Origin: Fusobacterium sp.
GTDB taxonomy: Bacteria > Fusobacteriota > Fusobacteriia > Fusobacteriales > Fusobacteriaceae
Length of the DNA: 55,776 bases
Assembly (NCBI GenBank): GCA_019410665.1
Contig: DXSD01000001.1
Location: 1-55,776, forward strand
Reading direction: 5' to 3'
A program made the position numbers and the translations under genes. Positions 18,044-28,150 of this stretch are shown here, piece by piece (the stretch's first letter is position 1; every line of letters begins with the position of its first letter). A model generated the notes under the pieces. The model saw only the letters and a program-made list of their open reading frames with translations. It made no database searches and was not told where the DNA came from.

Positions 18044-19018
18044 ATGGAGGAAACAAAATTTATGACAAAAATATATATAGCTCCAATAGCTGGAGTTACA
18101 GATTACACTTATAGAGGAATATTAAAAGAGTTTAAACCTGACATGTTATTTACAGAGATGGTAAGTATAAATGCAATGGAATGTGCATCTGAAAAAACTT
18201 TAAAAGTGATTTTAAGATTAAGAGAGGGAGATTCTGTTCAACTCTTTGGAAAAGATATTCCTAAGATGGTAGAAAGTGCCAAATTTGTAGAGAGAATGGG
18301 AGTAAAACATATAGATATAAACTCAGGTTGTCCTATGAGAAAGATAACTAATAATGGTTATGGATCAGCACTTATGGAGAAACCAGATCATATAAAAGCT
18401 ATGTTATCAGAATTAAGAAGTGCATTAAATGATGATACTGGGTTATCTATAAAGATAAGAGCTGGATATAAGGAGTTTAAAAATCCTGTAGAGATAGCTA
18501 AGATTGCTGAAGAAGTTGGATGTAAGCACATTACAGTGCATGGAAGAACTAGAGAGCAGATGTATAGTGGAAAAGCTGACTGGAGCATAATAAAAGGGGT
18601 AAAAGAGAGTGTATCTATTCCAGTAATTGGAAATGGGGATATATTTACAGCTGAAGATGCTAAAGAGAGAATAGATTACTCTGGTGTAGATGGAATAATG
18701 TTAGCTAGAGGTATTTTTGGAAATCCTTGGCTTATTAGAGATATTAGAGAGTATTTAGAGCATGGGAAAATACTTCATCCAGTTACTTCATTAGATAGAG
18801 TAAATATGGCAATAGAGCATACTAGAAGAACTCAGATAGAGCATCCAGAAAGACCTTTTATATTTGAGCTTAGAAAGCATCTATGTTGGTATTTAAAAGG
18901 GATTAGAAATTCTAATGCTATAAGGGATAAGATAAATCATACTGATAAATATGAGGAGATATTGGATTTATTAAATATGATAAAAGTGGGAATAGAGCAA
19001 GAGGGAGTTGAAGAGTAA
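18044..19018 (+). CDS. dusB: tRNA-dihydrouridine synthase B (start may be ATG 18062)
   Basis: APIAGVTD, IDINSGCP, KIRAG, ITVHGRT, GNGDI. Confidence 0.9.
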   Translation: MEETKFMTKIYIAPIAGVTDYTYRGILKEFKPDMLFTEMVSINAMECASEKTLKVILRLREGDSVQLFGKDIPKMVESAKFVERMGVKHIDINSGCPMRKITNNGYGSALMEKPDHIKAMLSELRSALNDDTGLSIKIRAGYKEFKNPVEIAKIAEEVGCKHITVHGRTREQMYSGKADWSIIKGVKESVSIPVIGNGDIFTAEDAKERIDYSGVDGIMLARGIFGNPWLIRDIREYLEHGKILHPVTSLDRVNMAIEHTRRTQIEHPERPFIFELRKHLCWYLKGIRNSNAIRDKINHTDKYEEILDLLNMIKVGIEQEGVEE

Positions 19019-21642
19019 TGGCAGAAACGCCACTTATGAGTCAGTATAAAGAGATAAAAGCTCAATACACTGACAGTATACTATTTTTTAGACTTGGGGA
19101 TTTTTATGAGATGTTTTTTGAAGATGCTGTTACAGCTTCAAAGGAGTTAGGACTTACCCTTACAAGTAGAAATAGAGAGAAGGGGTATGATGTTCCATTA
19201 GCTGGAATACCTTACCATTCTGTGGCATCATATATAGCTAAACTTGTAAATAAAGGATATAAGGTGGCAATATGTGATCAAGTAGAGGATCCTAAAGCTG
19301 CTAAAGGAATAGTAAAAAGAGAGGTAACTAGAATAATAACTCCCGGAACTATAATAGATACTGATTTTCTTGATGAAAAGAGCAATAACTATTTAATGGG
19401 AATAAAGATAACTGATGAGTATGGAGCTCTAGCCTATATAGATATTACTACTGGAGAGTTTAAAACTAGTGAGATAGTAGGAGAGGAGATATTTTTTAGA
19501 TTATTAGGAGAGATAAATAAGATATCCCCTAAAGAGATCCTTTTAGATGAAAAAACCTATGATAACTATATAGAGGAGTTTAAAAAACATAACTCTTTAA
19601 ATGAGATAAAATTTACTAAAAGTGTAGAGAGAAAGAAGTCTGAAGAGTACTTAAAAGAGTATTTTAAAGTAATCTCATTAGAAAGTTTTGGTATCAAGGA
19701 GAAAAAGGGTGCTATTGTAGTATCTGCTATGGTACTTGAGTATGTAGTAGACTTACAAAAAGGAAAGGAACTTCCTATTACAAATATAGGTTATGTAGGT
19801 AGTGAAAATGTAATGGAGTTAAATATCACTACTCAAAGAAATTTAGATATTATTGATAATCATAGGGAAAAAAATAGTACTGGAACTTTACTTTGGGTAA
19901 TGGATCAATGTATGACATCTATGGGAAGTAGACTTTTAAAAAAGTTTATAAAAAATCCTTTATTAGATGTAGAAAAGATTAAAGAGAGACAAAGAGATAC
20001 TGGTTATTTTATAGAGAGTGTACTTCTTAGAGAAGAGATAAGAGAAAAGTTAAAAAATATCTATGATATAGAGAGAATAATAGGTAAACTTATATTAGAA
20101 ACAGAAAATGGAAGAGATCTTATAGCTCTAAAAAATTCAATAATTAACTCTTTAGAGATATTTAAATTATTAAAAGGAAATAAACTTTTTCAGATAGATG
20201 TAAAGGTTTTAGTAGATATCTATAATATGATAGAGAAAGCTATTGTTGATGAACCACCATTTTCTATTAGAGAGGGTGGAGTTATAAAAGCTGGTTATAA
20301 CTCAGATTTAGATGAGTTGCATGGAATCTCAAGAGATGGAAAAGATTACATCTTAGAAATAGAGAATAGAGAGAGGGAAAGAACAGGAATAAAGGGATTA
20401 AAGATCAAATACAATAAGGTTTTTGGATACTTTATTGAAGTTACAAAGGCTAATATATCTTTAGTTCCAGAAGATTATATAAGAAAGCAAACTTTAGCTA
20501 ATGCTGAGAGATATATAGTAGCAGACTTAAAAGAGTATGAAGAGAAGGTGCTCAATGCTAAAGAGAGGATAGAAAACTTAGAATACTATCTTTTTAAAGA
20601 GTTAACTAGTGAAATTAAAAAGTATAGAAAAGAGTTACAAGATTTAGCTTATAAAGTTGCCTATTTAGATGTAATTACAGATTTTGCTCATATAGCAGTG
20701 AAAAATTCCTACGTTCAACCAGAGATAAATGATGGAGAAGATATAGAGATAATAGCTGGAAGACATCCAGTTGTAGAGAGATTAATCCCAGCTGGAGAGT
20801 TTGTAAAGAACAATATTGTTTTTGATGATAAGAGAGAGATAATAATTCTTACAGGACCAAATATGTCTGGTAAATCTACATATATGAAGCAGACAGCTCT
20901 AATAATAATAATGGCTCATATTGGGTCTTATGTACCAGCTAATTATGCAAAAATTGGACTTGTAGATAAGATATTTACAAGGGTAGGAGCAAGTGATGAT
21001 CTACTTACTGGACAGTCTACTTTTATGCTAGAGATGAGTGAAGTTGCTAACATTGTAAATAGTGCTACTAAGAGATCTTTTATAATTCTAGATGAGATAG
21101 GAAGAGGAACTTCAACTTTTGATGGAATCTCAATAGCAACAGCTATCACTGAGTATATCCACGAGAATATAGGAGCAAAGACTATTTTTGCTACCCACTA
21201 TCATGAATTAACTCAACTAGAAGAGAAACTTGAAAAGGCAGAAAATTTTAGAATTGAAGTAAAGGAAAATGATAAGGAGATTATCTTCTTAAGAGAGATT
21301 GTAAAAGGTGGAGCTGATAAATCTTATGGAATAGAGGTAGCAAGACTTGCAGGACTTCCTAAAGAGATATTAGATAGATCCAAAGCTGTTTTAAAAAGAT
21401 TAGAAGAGAGAAAAGAGATAGTAGAGAAAAAATTAGGAGGGGAGCAACTTTTACTATTTGGGAATCCAACTCCTAAGGATGATGAATGTAAATGTAAGAG
21501 GGATGAGCTAAAAGGCAAGGAACTTACTAAGGAGCAGAAAATAGTAATGAGGGTACTAGATGAGATAGAACCTGAAAAGTTAACACCATTGGAAGCTTTA
21601 TTAAAACTCAATGAGTTGAAAAAAATATTAAGTGGGAGTTAA
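19018..21642 (+). CDS. mutS: DNA mismatch repair protein MutS
   Basis: TPLMSQY, FRLGDFYEMF, TGPNMSGKST, STFMLEM, DEIGRGTS, SYGIEVA. Confidence 0.97.
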   Translation: MAETPLMSQYKEIKAQYTDSILFFRLGDFYEMFFEDAVTASKELGLTLTSRNREKGYDVPLAGIPYHSVASYIAKLVNKGYKVAICDQVEDPKAAKGIVKREVTRIITPGTIIDTDFLDEKSNNYLMGIKITDEYGALAYIDITTGEFKTSEIVGEEIFFRLLGEINKISPKEILLDEKTYDNYIEEFKKHNSLNEIKFTKSVERKKSEEYLKEYFKVISLESFGIKEKKGAIVVSAMVLEYVVDLQKGKELPITNIGYVGSENVMELNITTQRNLDIIDNHREKNSTGTLLWVMDQCMTSMGSRLLKKFIKNPLLDVEKIKERQRDTGYFIESVLLREEIREKLKNIYDIERIIGKLILETENGRDLIALKNSIINSLEIFKLLKGNKLFQIDVKVLVDIYNMIEKAIVDEPPFSIREGGVIKAGYNSDLDELHGISRDGKDYILEIENRERERTGIKGLKIKYNKVFGYFIEVTKANISLVPEDYIRKQTLANAERYIVADLKEYEEKVLNAKERIENLEYYLFKELTSEIKKYRKELQDLAYKVAYLDVITDFAHIAVKNSYVQPEINDGEDIEIIAGRHPVVERLIPAGEFVKNNIVFDDKREIIILTGPNMSGKSTYMKQTALIIIMAHIGSYVPANYAKIGLVDKIFTRVGASDDLLTGQSTFMLEMSEVANIVNSATKRSFIILDEIGRGTSTFDGISIATAITEYIHENIGAKTIFATHYHELTQLEEKLEKAENFRIEVKENDKEIIFLREIVKGGADKSYGIEVARLAGLPKEILDRSKAVLKRLEERKEIVEKKLGGEQLLLFGNPTPKDDECKCKRDELKGKELTKEQKIVMRVLDEIEPEKLTPLEALLKLNELKKILSGS

Positions 21643-21644
21643 AT

Positions 21645-24329
21645 ATGGATAAGAAAAAAATAGGATATGTAGTGGGAATAGTTGTATTGGTTATATTGGG
21701 GTATCTTAATTACTTTGGAGAAGAGGAAAACCTTGGAAAGACAGAGCAGGTTATAGAAACGAGCAATGTAACTTATAAAAATGAAGATTATGAAGTAGAG
21801 GCTGAGCTACAAAAAGATTATATCCAAGAAAAGGAAACAGGTTTTGAAAAAGCGAAAGCTAAGGTAAATGAGTTACTAATCAGTGGAGATAATGTTTTTA
21901 TTGATAAGGTTAGAAACTTGATTTTAAAGCACAATATTCTTGGAATAAGTCCTAATGGTTGGAGTTTTAAAGCTGAGGATATAAATTATAATAAAGCAAA
22001 AGATGAGGTTACTTCAAATACAGGGGTAACAGCTATCAATGAAGAGAAAAATGTAAAAATATCTGGTCAAAACTTTATAACTGACTCTAAAATGAGTTAT
22101 ATTGAGTTAACTAAAGATGTAATTTTGGAAAATGATGATATAGCTTTAAAGGGAGATAGAGGAAGTTATGAGGATATAAGTAAGATAGTATTTCTCTACG
22201 ATAATATAACATTAGAAGGAAGAGGAGAGAATACAGGATTAATTGATGGACATTTTAAAACTTTAAAATATGATTTAGAAAAGAAAACTTTAGAAGCTTG
22301 GGAACCTTTTGATATTCTTTATAAAGGGATGAAACTTTCTGCAGAATCACTATATTTTAAAGAGAATAGTGAAGTTTTAAAAATTTCTAAAAATGTTATA
22401 GTAGAGGTAGAGGGATTTAAAATCTATGTAGATAGATTAGAGAAAAAAGAGAATAGTAGTATCTTAAACATTTTTGGAAAGATAAAAGGAAGTAATGGAG
22501 TTTATTCTTTTGAGGGAGATAAGGGAACTTATGATACAGAGAGCAAACTTTTAACTATTGTTGGAAATATTAATGGAACTTCAATTAAAGGAGAGAAGTT
22601 AGTAGGAGATAAATTAGTTTATAATAGCAATAGTAAAAATATGGCTCTTTCTAGTAAAAATAGTGTAAAATACTCTTCTGCTGATGGAGAGCTGATTACT
22701 AAGGTAATCAATTATAATAGTGAAACTAAAGAACTTACAAGTGAAGGAAGTTATACATTTAAAGGTCCTAAATATGAAAGTGAAGGAAAAAAACTTTACT
22801 ATAATGATATGACAAAAGATATAAAAATTACTCAAGGGTATCTACTAGATAAGAGTAAAAAGCAGAAAATAAAAGGGGAGAAGTTAGCTTATAACACTTC
22901 TACTCAAGATAGTTCAGTAGTTGGAAATGCTTATATGGAAGATGAAAAATATAGTTTAAATAGTGATAGTATTATCTATACAGCTACTGATAAAAATGCT
23001 ACAATAAAAGGGGAGTATGTAGCAAAAGCTAGAGATAATAGCATAACTTTAAAAGGAAAAGATGCTACATATAACCAAGGAACAGGAGAGTTTTTAAGTA
23101 AGGGAGAAGTAGAGTTTTCAGGAGAGAATTACTTAGCTAGGGGAACTAATCTAACTTATAATACAAGTTCTGGATTTGGAAAGTTAGAAAGTGGAATAAC
23201 TGTAGAAAACTTAAAAGATAATTTTAAAATAACTGGAGATAATTTCTCTTTTAAAAATGGAGAGTATTTAGCAATAGATGGAAACTTACATATGGTTGGA
23301 GAGAAGATTATTGCAGATTCTCAAAGGGCAAGATATGATTTAAAAGATGAAAATATCTATATTCCAGAGAGGATAGATTTTAAAACTAAAGATGGAAAAA
23401 CTTCTGGTACTATGAGTAAGGGAATCTATTATACAGAGGACTCAAAATTTTCTGGAAATAATTTTAATGGAAAAAGTAATGAGAATACTTTAAAAAGTAA
23501 TAAGATGACATATTTTTCTAAAGATGATAAAGCTTTATTTTCAGGAAATGTTGTAATGAAAGATACAGAATCTACATTTAGAGGAGAAAAACTTGAGTAT
23601 TTCCCAGAAAGTGAAATGGTAAAGGCTTTAGAGAGATACACTATTGATTATAAGGATTTTAAATTTACTGGAGAAAATGGAGAGTTTAACAATAAAACTG
23701 GTATTTTAAAAGGGAATAGATCTGATGTTGTAACAGCTAATGGAGATAGATTTATCTCTGATAAGTTGTATGGTAATTTAAATGAGATGATATTGGATTT
23801 CTCAGGAAATGTAAATGGGCACATAAAGGATCAAGGAGTAATTACTAGATTTAAAGGAGATTTTGCAAGGGTATACTTTAAAAATAGTGGCAGATATGAG
23901 ATCTTGAGAAGTGAAGTGAGAGAAAATGCTGTATTTATCCAAAATGAAAAGACTTTAGAGTCTGATTATATAGAGATTGACTCAATTAGAAAATTAGTTT
24001 TCTCTAAAGAAAATACAAAATTAATTATTGATGATGAGAAAAATGGAAAAACAATTATAACTTCATCAGTGGCAGAAGTTGATATAAATGAAGATATTGC
24101 TACACTTATAGGAAATGTAAAAATAGATAATGAAAATTCTGAATATGGAATTACTAAAGTTACAGCAGATAGAGGAGTAATTAAACAAAAAGCTGGAACT
24201 TTGGAGTTAATAGGTCATGTTGAGATAGAGAATAATGACTCAATACTACAAGCAGATAGAGGTATTTATAATATGGCTAATAAAAAAATAAAAGCTTCTG
24301 GAAATGTTTATGTAGAATATAAGAAATAA
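21645..24329 (+). CDS. Very long membrane-anchored LptC/LptA (OstA-like) repeat protein
   Basis: N-terminal TM anchor, repeated beta-strand units (GDKLVYN, GEKLAYN, ADRGIYN...SGNV), directly upstream of lptB. Confidence 0.7.
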   Translation: MDKKKIGYVVGIVVLVILGYLNYFGEEENLGKTEQVIETSNVTYKNEDYEVEAELQKDYIQEKETGFEKAKAKVNELLISGDNVFIDKVRNLILKHNILGISPNGWSFKAEDINYNKAKDEVTSNTGVTAINEEKNVKISGQNFITDSKMSYIELTKDVILENDDIALKGDRGSYEDISKIVFLYDNITLEGRGENTGLIDGHFKTLKYDLEKKTLEAWEPFDILYKGMKLSAESLYFKENSEVLKISKNVIVEVEGFKIYVDRLEKKENSSILNIFGKIKGSNGVYSFEGDKGTYDTESKLLTIVGNINGTSIKGEKLVGDKLVYNSNSKNMALSSKNSVKYSSADGELITKVINYNSETKELTSEGSYTFKGPKYESEGKKLYYNDMTKDIKITQGYLLDKSKKQKIKGEKLAYNTSTQDSSVVGNAYMEDEKYSLNSDSIIYTATDKNATIKGEYVAKARDNSITLKGKDATYNQGTGEFLSKGEVEFSGENYLARGTNLTYNTSSGFGKLESGITVENLKDNFKITGDNFSFKNGEYLAIDGNLHMVGEKIIADSQRARYDLKDENIYIPERIDFKTKDGKTSGTMSKGIYYTEDSKFSGNNFNGKSNENTLKSNKMTYFSKDDKALFSGNVVMKDTESTFRGEKLEYFPESEMVKALERYTIDYKDFKFTGENGEFNNKTGILKGNRSDVVTANGDRFISDKLYGNLNEMILDFSGNVNGHIKDQGVITRFKGDFARVYFKNSGRYEILRSEVRENAVFIQNEKTLESDYIEIDSIRKLVFSKENTKLIIDDEKNGKTIITSSVAEVDINEDIATLIGNVKIDNENSEYGITKVTADRGVIKQKAGTLELIGHVEIENNDSILQADRGIYNMANKKIKASGNVYVEYKK

Positions 24330-24339
24330 GGAGATAAGT

Positions 24340-25065
24340 ATGATAAATTTATCAGCTCAAAATCTATGTAAAAGCTATAAAAAAAGAAAAGTTGTAGATA
24401 ATGTGAGTTTAGAGGTACAAAAAGGTGAGATTGTTGGACTTTTAGGACCAAATGGTGCTGGAAAAACAACAACTTTCTATATGATAACAGGGATAGTCAA
24501 GCCTGAAAGTGGAAAGGTATTTTGTGATGGTATAGAGGTTACTGATTATCCTATGTATAAAAGAGCTAATATGGGAATTGGATATCTAGCTCAAGAGCCT
24601 TCTATCTTTAGAAACTTAACAGTAACAGAAAATATAGCTGCTGTCCTTGAGATGAAAAATATAAGTAAAGCTGAACAAAAGGAAACAATAGATAAATTAT
24701 TAGAGGAATTTAAACTTACTCATGTTAAAAATTCTCTAGGTTTTTCATTATCAGGAGGAGAGAGAAGAAGGGTAGAGATTGCTAGAACAATAGCTAATAA
24801 TCCTAACTTTATACTTTTAGATGAGCCCTTTGCAGGAGTTGATCCTATAGCTGTTGAGGATATACAACAAATAATAAGATATCTTAAAAATAGAGGTTTA
24901 GGGATTTTAATCACTGACCACAGTGTAAGAGAGACCCTTAGAATTACAGAAAAAGCTTATATAATGGCACAGGGAAAAGTTCTAATAAGCGGAACTCCTA
25001 AAGAGATAGCAGAGAATGAAACTGCTAGAAAGATATATCTAGGAGAGAAATTTAAACTGGATTAA
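24340..25065 (+). CDS. lptB: LPS export ABC transporter ATPase
   Basis: GPNGAGKTT, YLAQEPSIF, LSGGERRRVEIAR, LDEPFAGVDP, TDHSVRETL. Confidence 0.95.
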   Translation: MINLSAQNLCKSYKKRKVVDNVSLEVQKGEIVGLLGPNGAGKTTTFYMITGIVKPESGKVFCDGIEVTDYPMYKRANMGIGYLAQEPSIFRNLTVTENIAAVLEMKNISKAEQKETIDKLLEEFKLTHVKNSLGFSLSGGERRRVEIARTIANNPNFILLDEPFAGVDPIAVEDIQQIIRYLKNRGLGILITDHSVRETLRITEKAYIMAQGKVLISGTPKEIAENETARKIYLGEKFKLD

Positions 25066-25105
25066 ACTTTAATTTAAAAATAGAAATAAATAAACTGGAG
25101 GAACT

Positions 25106-27706
25106 ATGTTAACAGGAAATCAAATTAGAAAAGAGTTCATAGAATTCTTTAAAAAGAAAAATCACAAACATTTTGAAAGTGCATCTTTAATACCAGATGA
25201 CCCAACACTTTTATTAACAGTTGCAGGAATGGTACCTTTTAAACCATATTTCTTAGGACAAAAGGAAGCTCCATATCCAAGAGTAACTACTTATCAAAAA
25301 TCAATCAGAACTAACGACTTAGAAAATGTTGGAAGAACAGCTAGACACCATACTTTCTTTGAGATGTTAGGAAACTTCTCATTTGGAGATTATTTCAAAG
25401 AGGAAGCAATAGTTTGGTCTTGGGAATTCGTAACAGAAGTATTAGGATTAGACAAGGACAAATTATGGGTATCTGTATTTACAACAGATGATGAAGCTGA
25501 AAAAATTTGGATAGAGAAGTGTAACTTCCCTAAAGAGAGAATAGTAAGACTTGGAGAAGATGAGAACTGGTGGGCAGCTGGACCAACAGGTTCTTGTGGA
25601 CCTTGTTCAGAAATCCACGTAGACTTAGGACCAGCTTATGGAGGAGATGAGAACTCTAAGCTTGGAGATGAGGGAACAGACAACCGTTTCATAGAGATTT
25701 GGAACCTAGTATTTACAGAGTGGAATAGAATGGAAGATGGATCATTAGAGCCACTACCTAAGAAAAATATAGATACTGGAGCTGGACTAGAGAGAGTTAC
25801 TGCTATGGTACAAGGTAAGTCTAACAACTTTGAAACAGACTTATTATTCCCATTAGTAGAAGAGGCTGGAAGATTAACTAATACTAAATATGGAGAGGAT
25901 AAAGAAAAAGACTTCTCTTTAAAAGTTATAACTGACCACTCAAGAGCAGTTACTTTCTTAATAAATGATGGAGTAATCCCATCTAATGAAGGAAGAGGAT
26001 ATGTATTAAGAAGAATCTTAAGAAGAGCTGTAAGACACGGAAGATTATTAGGACAATCAGAGTTATTCCTATATAAGATGGTAGATAAAGTTGTAGAGAT
26101 GATGAATGAAGCTTATCCAGATTTAAATGACAACTTAGAGCACATCAAAAAAGTAGTTAAGATAGAGGAAGAGAAATTCTCTCGTACTCTTGACCAAGGA
26201 ATACAACTTGTAAACCAAGAGATAGAAAAAGTAAAATCAGAGGGTGGAAAGAAACTTTCTGGAGATATAACTTTCAGACTATATGACACTTATGGATTCC
26301 CATATGAGTTAACTGAAGAGATATGTGAAGAGAATGGTGTAGAGGTTTCAAGAGAAGAGTTTGAAGCTAAGATGGAAGAGCAAAAAGAGAAAGCAAGAGC
26401 AGCTAGAGAAGTTGTAATGGAAAAAGGACAAGATAGCTTTATCGAAGAGTTCTATGATAAATATGGAGCTACTAACTTTGTAGGATATGAAACTTTAAAA
26501 GAGACAGCTAAATTATTAAGTATCAGAGAGGGAAAAGATGGAAAAACTCTTATGATATTTGATACAACTCCTTTCTATGGAGAATCTGGAGGACAAGCTG
26601 CTGATACAGGAGTTATATCTGGTAATGGATTTGAAGGAAAAGTAGTAGATGTTCAAAAACAAAAAGGAATATTTACTCATACAGTTGAAGTAATAAAAGG
26701 AGAAGCTAAAGAGGGAGAGGAGTATCTATTAGAAGTAGATGAGATGAATAGACTTGCTACTGCTAAAAACCATACAGCTACTCACTTATTACACAAAGCC
26801 TTAAGAGAGGTATTAGGAACTCATGTTCAACAAGCTGGATCACTAGTAAATGGACAAAGATTAAGATTTGACTTTAACCACTATGAAGCTATGACAGCTG
26901 AAGAGATTGAAAAAGTAGAAAACTTAGTAAATGAAAAAATTGCTGAGTCTCTATGTGTAACTATAAAAGATATGAGTATGGATGAAGCTAAAAAAGAGGG
27001 AGCTATGGCTCTATTTGGAGACAAATATGGAGATGTAGTAAGAGTTGTAAAAGTAGATGACTTCTCTATTGAGCTTTGTGGAGGAACTCACATAGATAAT
27101 ATTGCTAAAATAGGATTATTTAAGATAGAGTCTGAAAGTGGAATAGCTGCTGGAGTAAGAAGAATAGAGGCTGTAACAGGACTTGGAGCATATAAATTTG
27201 TTAAAAAGATGGAAAATACTCTTAAAGAGATAGCTAAGACAGTAAAATCTGATGAGGCTAATGTAGTTGAAAGAGTTGAAAAAATGACTGAAACTTTAAG
27301 AGAAAACTCTAAAGAGATAGAGGCTTTAAAAGCTAAAATAACAAATTTTGAAGCTGGATCATTAAATGAAGCTGCAGAAGAGATAAATGGAGTTAAAGTT
27401 GTAATAAAAACATTTAAGGATAAAACAGCTGAGGAGTTAAGACAAATGGTTGACTCGTTAAAAGAGAAGTTAGGAAGTTGTGTAGTAGTTCTTGCTTCTG
27501 GAGAGGATAAAGCTATATTTGCTGTAGGAGTAACTAAAGATCTAATAGGAAAAGTTAAAGCTGGAAATCTAGTTAAAGAAGCTGCTCAAATTGCTGGAGG
27601 AAATGGTGGAGGAAGACCAGATTTTGCTCAAGCTGGAGGAAAAGATGCAGCTAAGATAGAGGAAGCTGTAGCTAAAGTAAGAGAAACTTTAACAACTTTA
27701 TTATAA
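25106..27706 (+). CDS. alaS: Alanine--tRNA ligase
   Basis: RHHTFFEMLGNFSFGDYFK, DTGAGLER, HTATHLL, ELCGGTH, GGGRPDFAQAGG. Confidence 0.98.
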   Translation: MLTGNQIRKEFIEFFKKKNHKHFESASLIPDDPTLLLTVAGMVPFKPYFLGQKEAPYPRVTTYQKSIRTNDLENVGRTARHHTFFEMLGNFSFGDYFKEEAIVWSWEFVTEVLGLDKDKLWVSVFTTDDEAEKIWIEKCNFPKERIVRLGEDENWWAAGPTGSCGPCSEIHVDLGPAYGGDENSKLGDEGTDNRFIEIWNLVFTEWNRMEDGSLEPLPKKNIDTGAGLERVTAMVQGKSNNFETDLLFPLVEEAGRLTNTKYGEDKEKDFSLKVITDHSRAVTFLINDGVIPSNEGRGYVLRRILRRAVRHGRLLGQSELFLYKMVDKVVEMMNEAYPDLNDNLEHIKKVVKIEEEKFSRTLDQGIQLVNQEIEKVKSEGGKKLSGDITFRLYDTYGFPYELTEEICEENGVEVSREEFEAKMEEQKEKARAAREVVMEKGQDSFIEEFYDKYGATNFVGYETLKETAKLLSIREGKDGKTLMIFDTTPFYGESGGQAADTGVISGNGFEGKVVDVQKQKGIFTHTVEVIKGEAKEGEEYLLEVDEMNRLATAKNHTATHLLHKALREVLGTHVQQAGSLVNGQRLRFDFNHYEAMTAEEIEKVENLVNEKIAESLCVTIKDMSMDEAKKEGAMALFGDKYGDVVRVVKVDDFSIELCGGTHIDNIAKIGLFKIESESGIAAGVRRIEAVTGLGAYKFVKKMENTLKEIAKTVKSDEANVVERVEKMTETLRENSKEIEALKAKITNFEAGSLNEAAEEINGVKVVIKTFKDKTAEELRQMVDSLKEKLGSCVVVLASGEDKAIFAVGVTKDLIGKVKAGNLVKEAAQIAGGNGGGRPDFAQAGGKDAAKIEEAVAKVRETLTTLL

Positions 27707-27715
27707 GAGGGAAAA

Positions 27716-28135
27716 ATGTATAAAAAATATGTTGCCTTAGATGTTGGTGATGTGAGGATAGGTGTGGCTAAATCAGATATAATGGGGATTTTAGCCACTC
27801 CCCTTGAAGTTATCGACAGAAGAAAAACAAAAGCAGTAAAAAGAATAGAAGAGATACTTATTCAGGAGAATACAAAATCTCTAGTTATAGGTATACCTAA
27901 AAGTTTAGATGGGACAGAAAAGAGACAAGCTGAAAAAGTAAGAGAGTTTATAGAGAAACTTAACAAAAATATAGAGGGATTAGAAATTTTTGAGGTTGAC
28001 GAAAGACTGACTACTGTTTCTGCAGATAGACTTCTTAATGAAAGTAATAAAAAGGGAGCTTTAGAAAAGAGAAAGGTAGTAGATAAAGTAGCAGCAGCTA
28101 TAATACTTCAGACTTTTTTAGATAGAAAAAAATAG
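27716..28135 (+). CDS. ruvX: YqgF/RuvX family nuclease
   Basis: ALDVGDVRIGVA, DERLTT, VDKVAAAIILQ; follows alaS. Confidence 0.92.
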   Translation: MYKKYVALDVGDVRIGVAKSDIMGILATPLEVIDRRKTKAVKRIEEILIQENTKSLVIGIPKSLDGTEKRQAEKVREFIEKLNKNIEGLEIFEVDERLTTVSADRLLNESNKKGALEKRKVVDKVAAAIILQTFLDRKK

Positions 28136-28150
28136 TAGCTGGAGGGGAAA

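Noticed and set aside
25066..25105. T-box leader for alaS
   Set aside because: Only 40 bp between lptB and alaS; no T-box sequence
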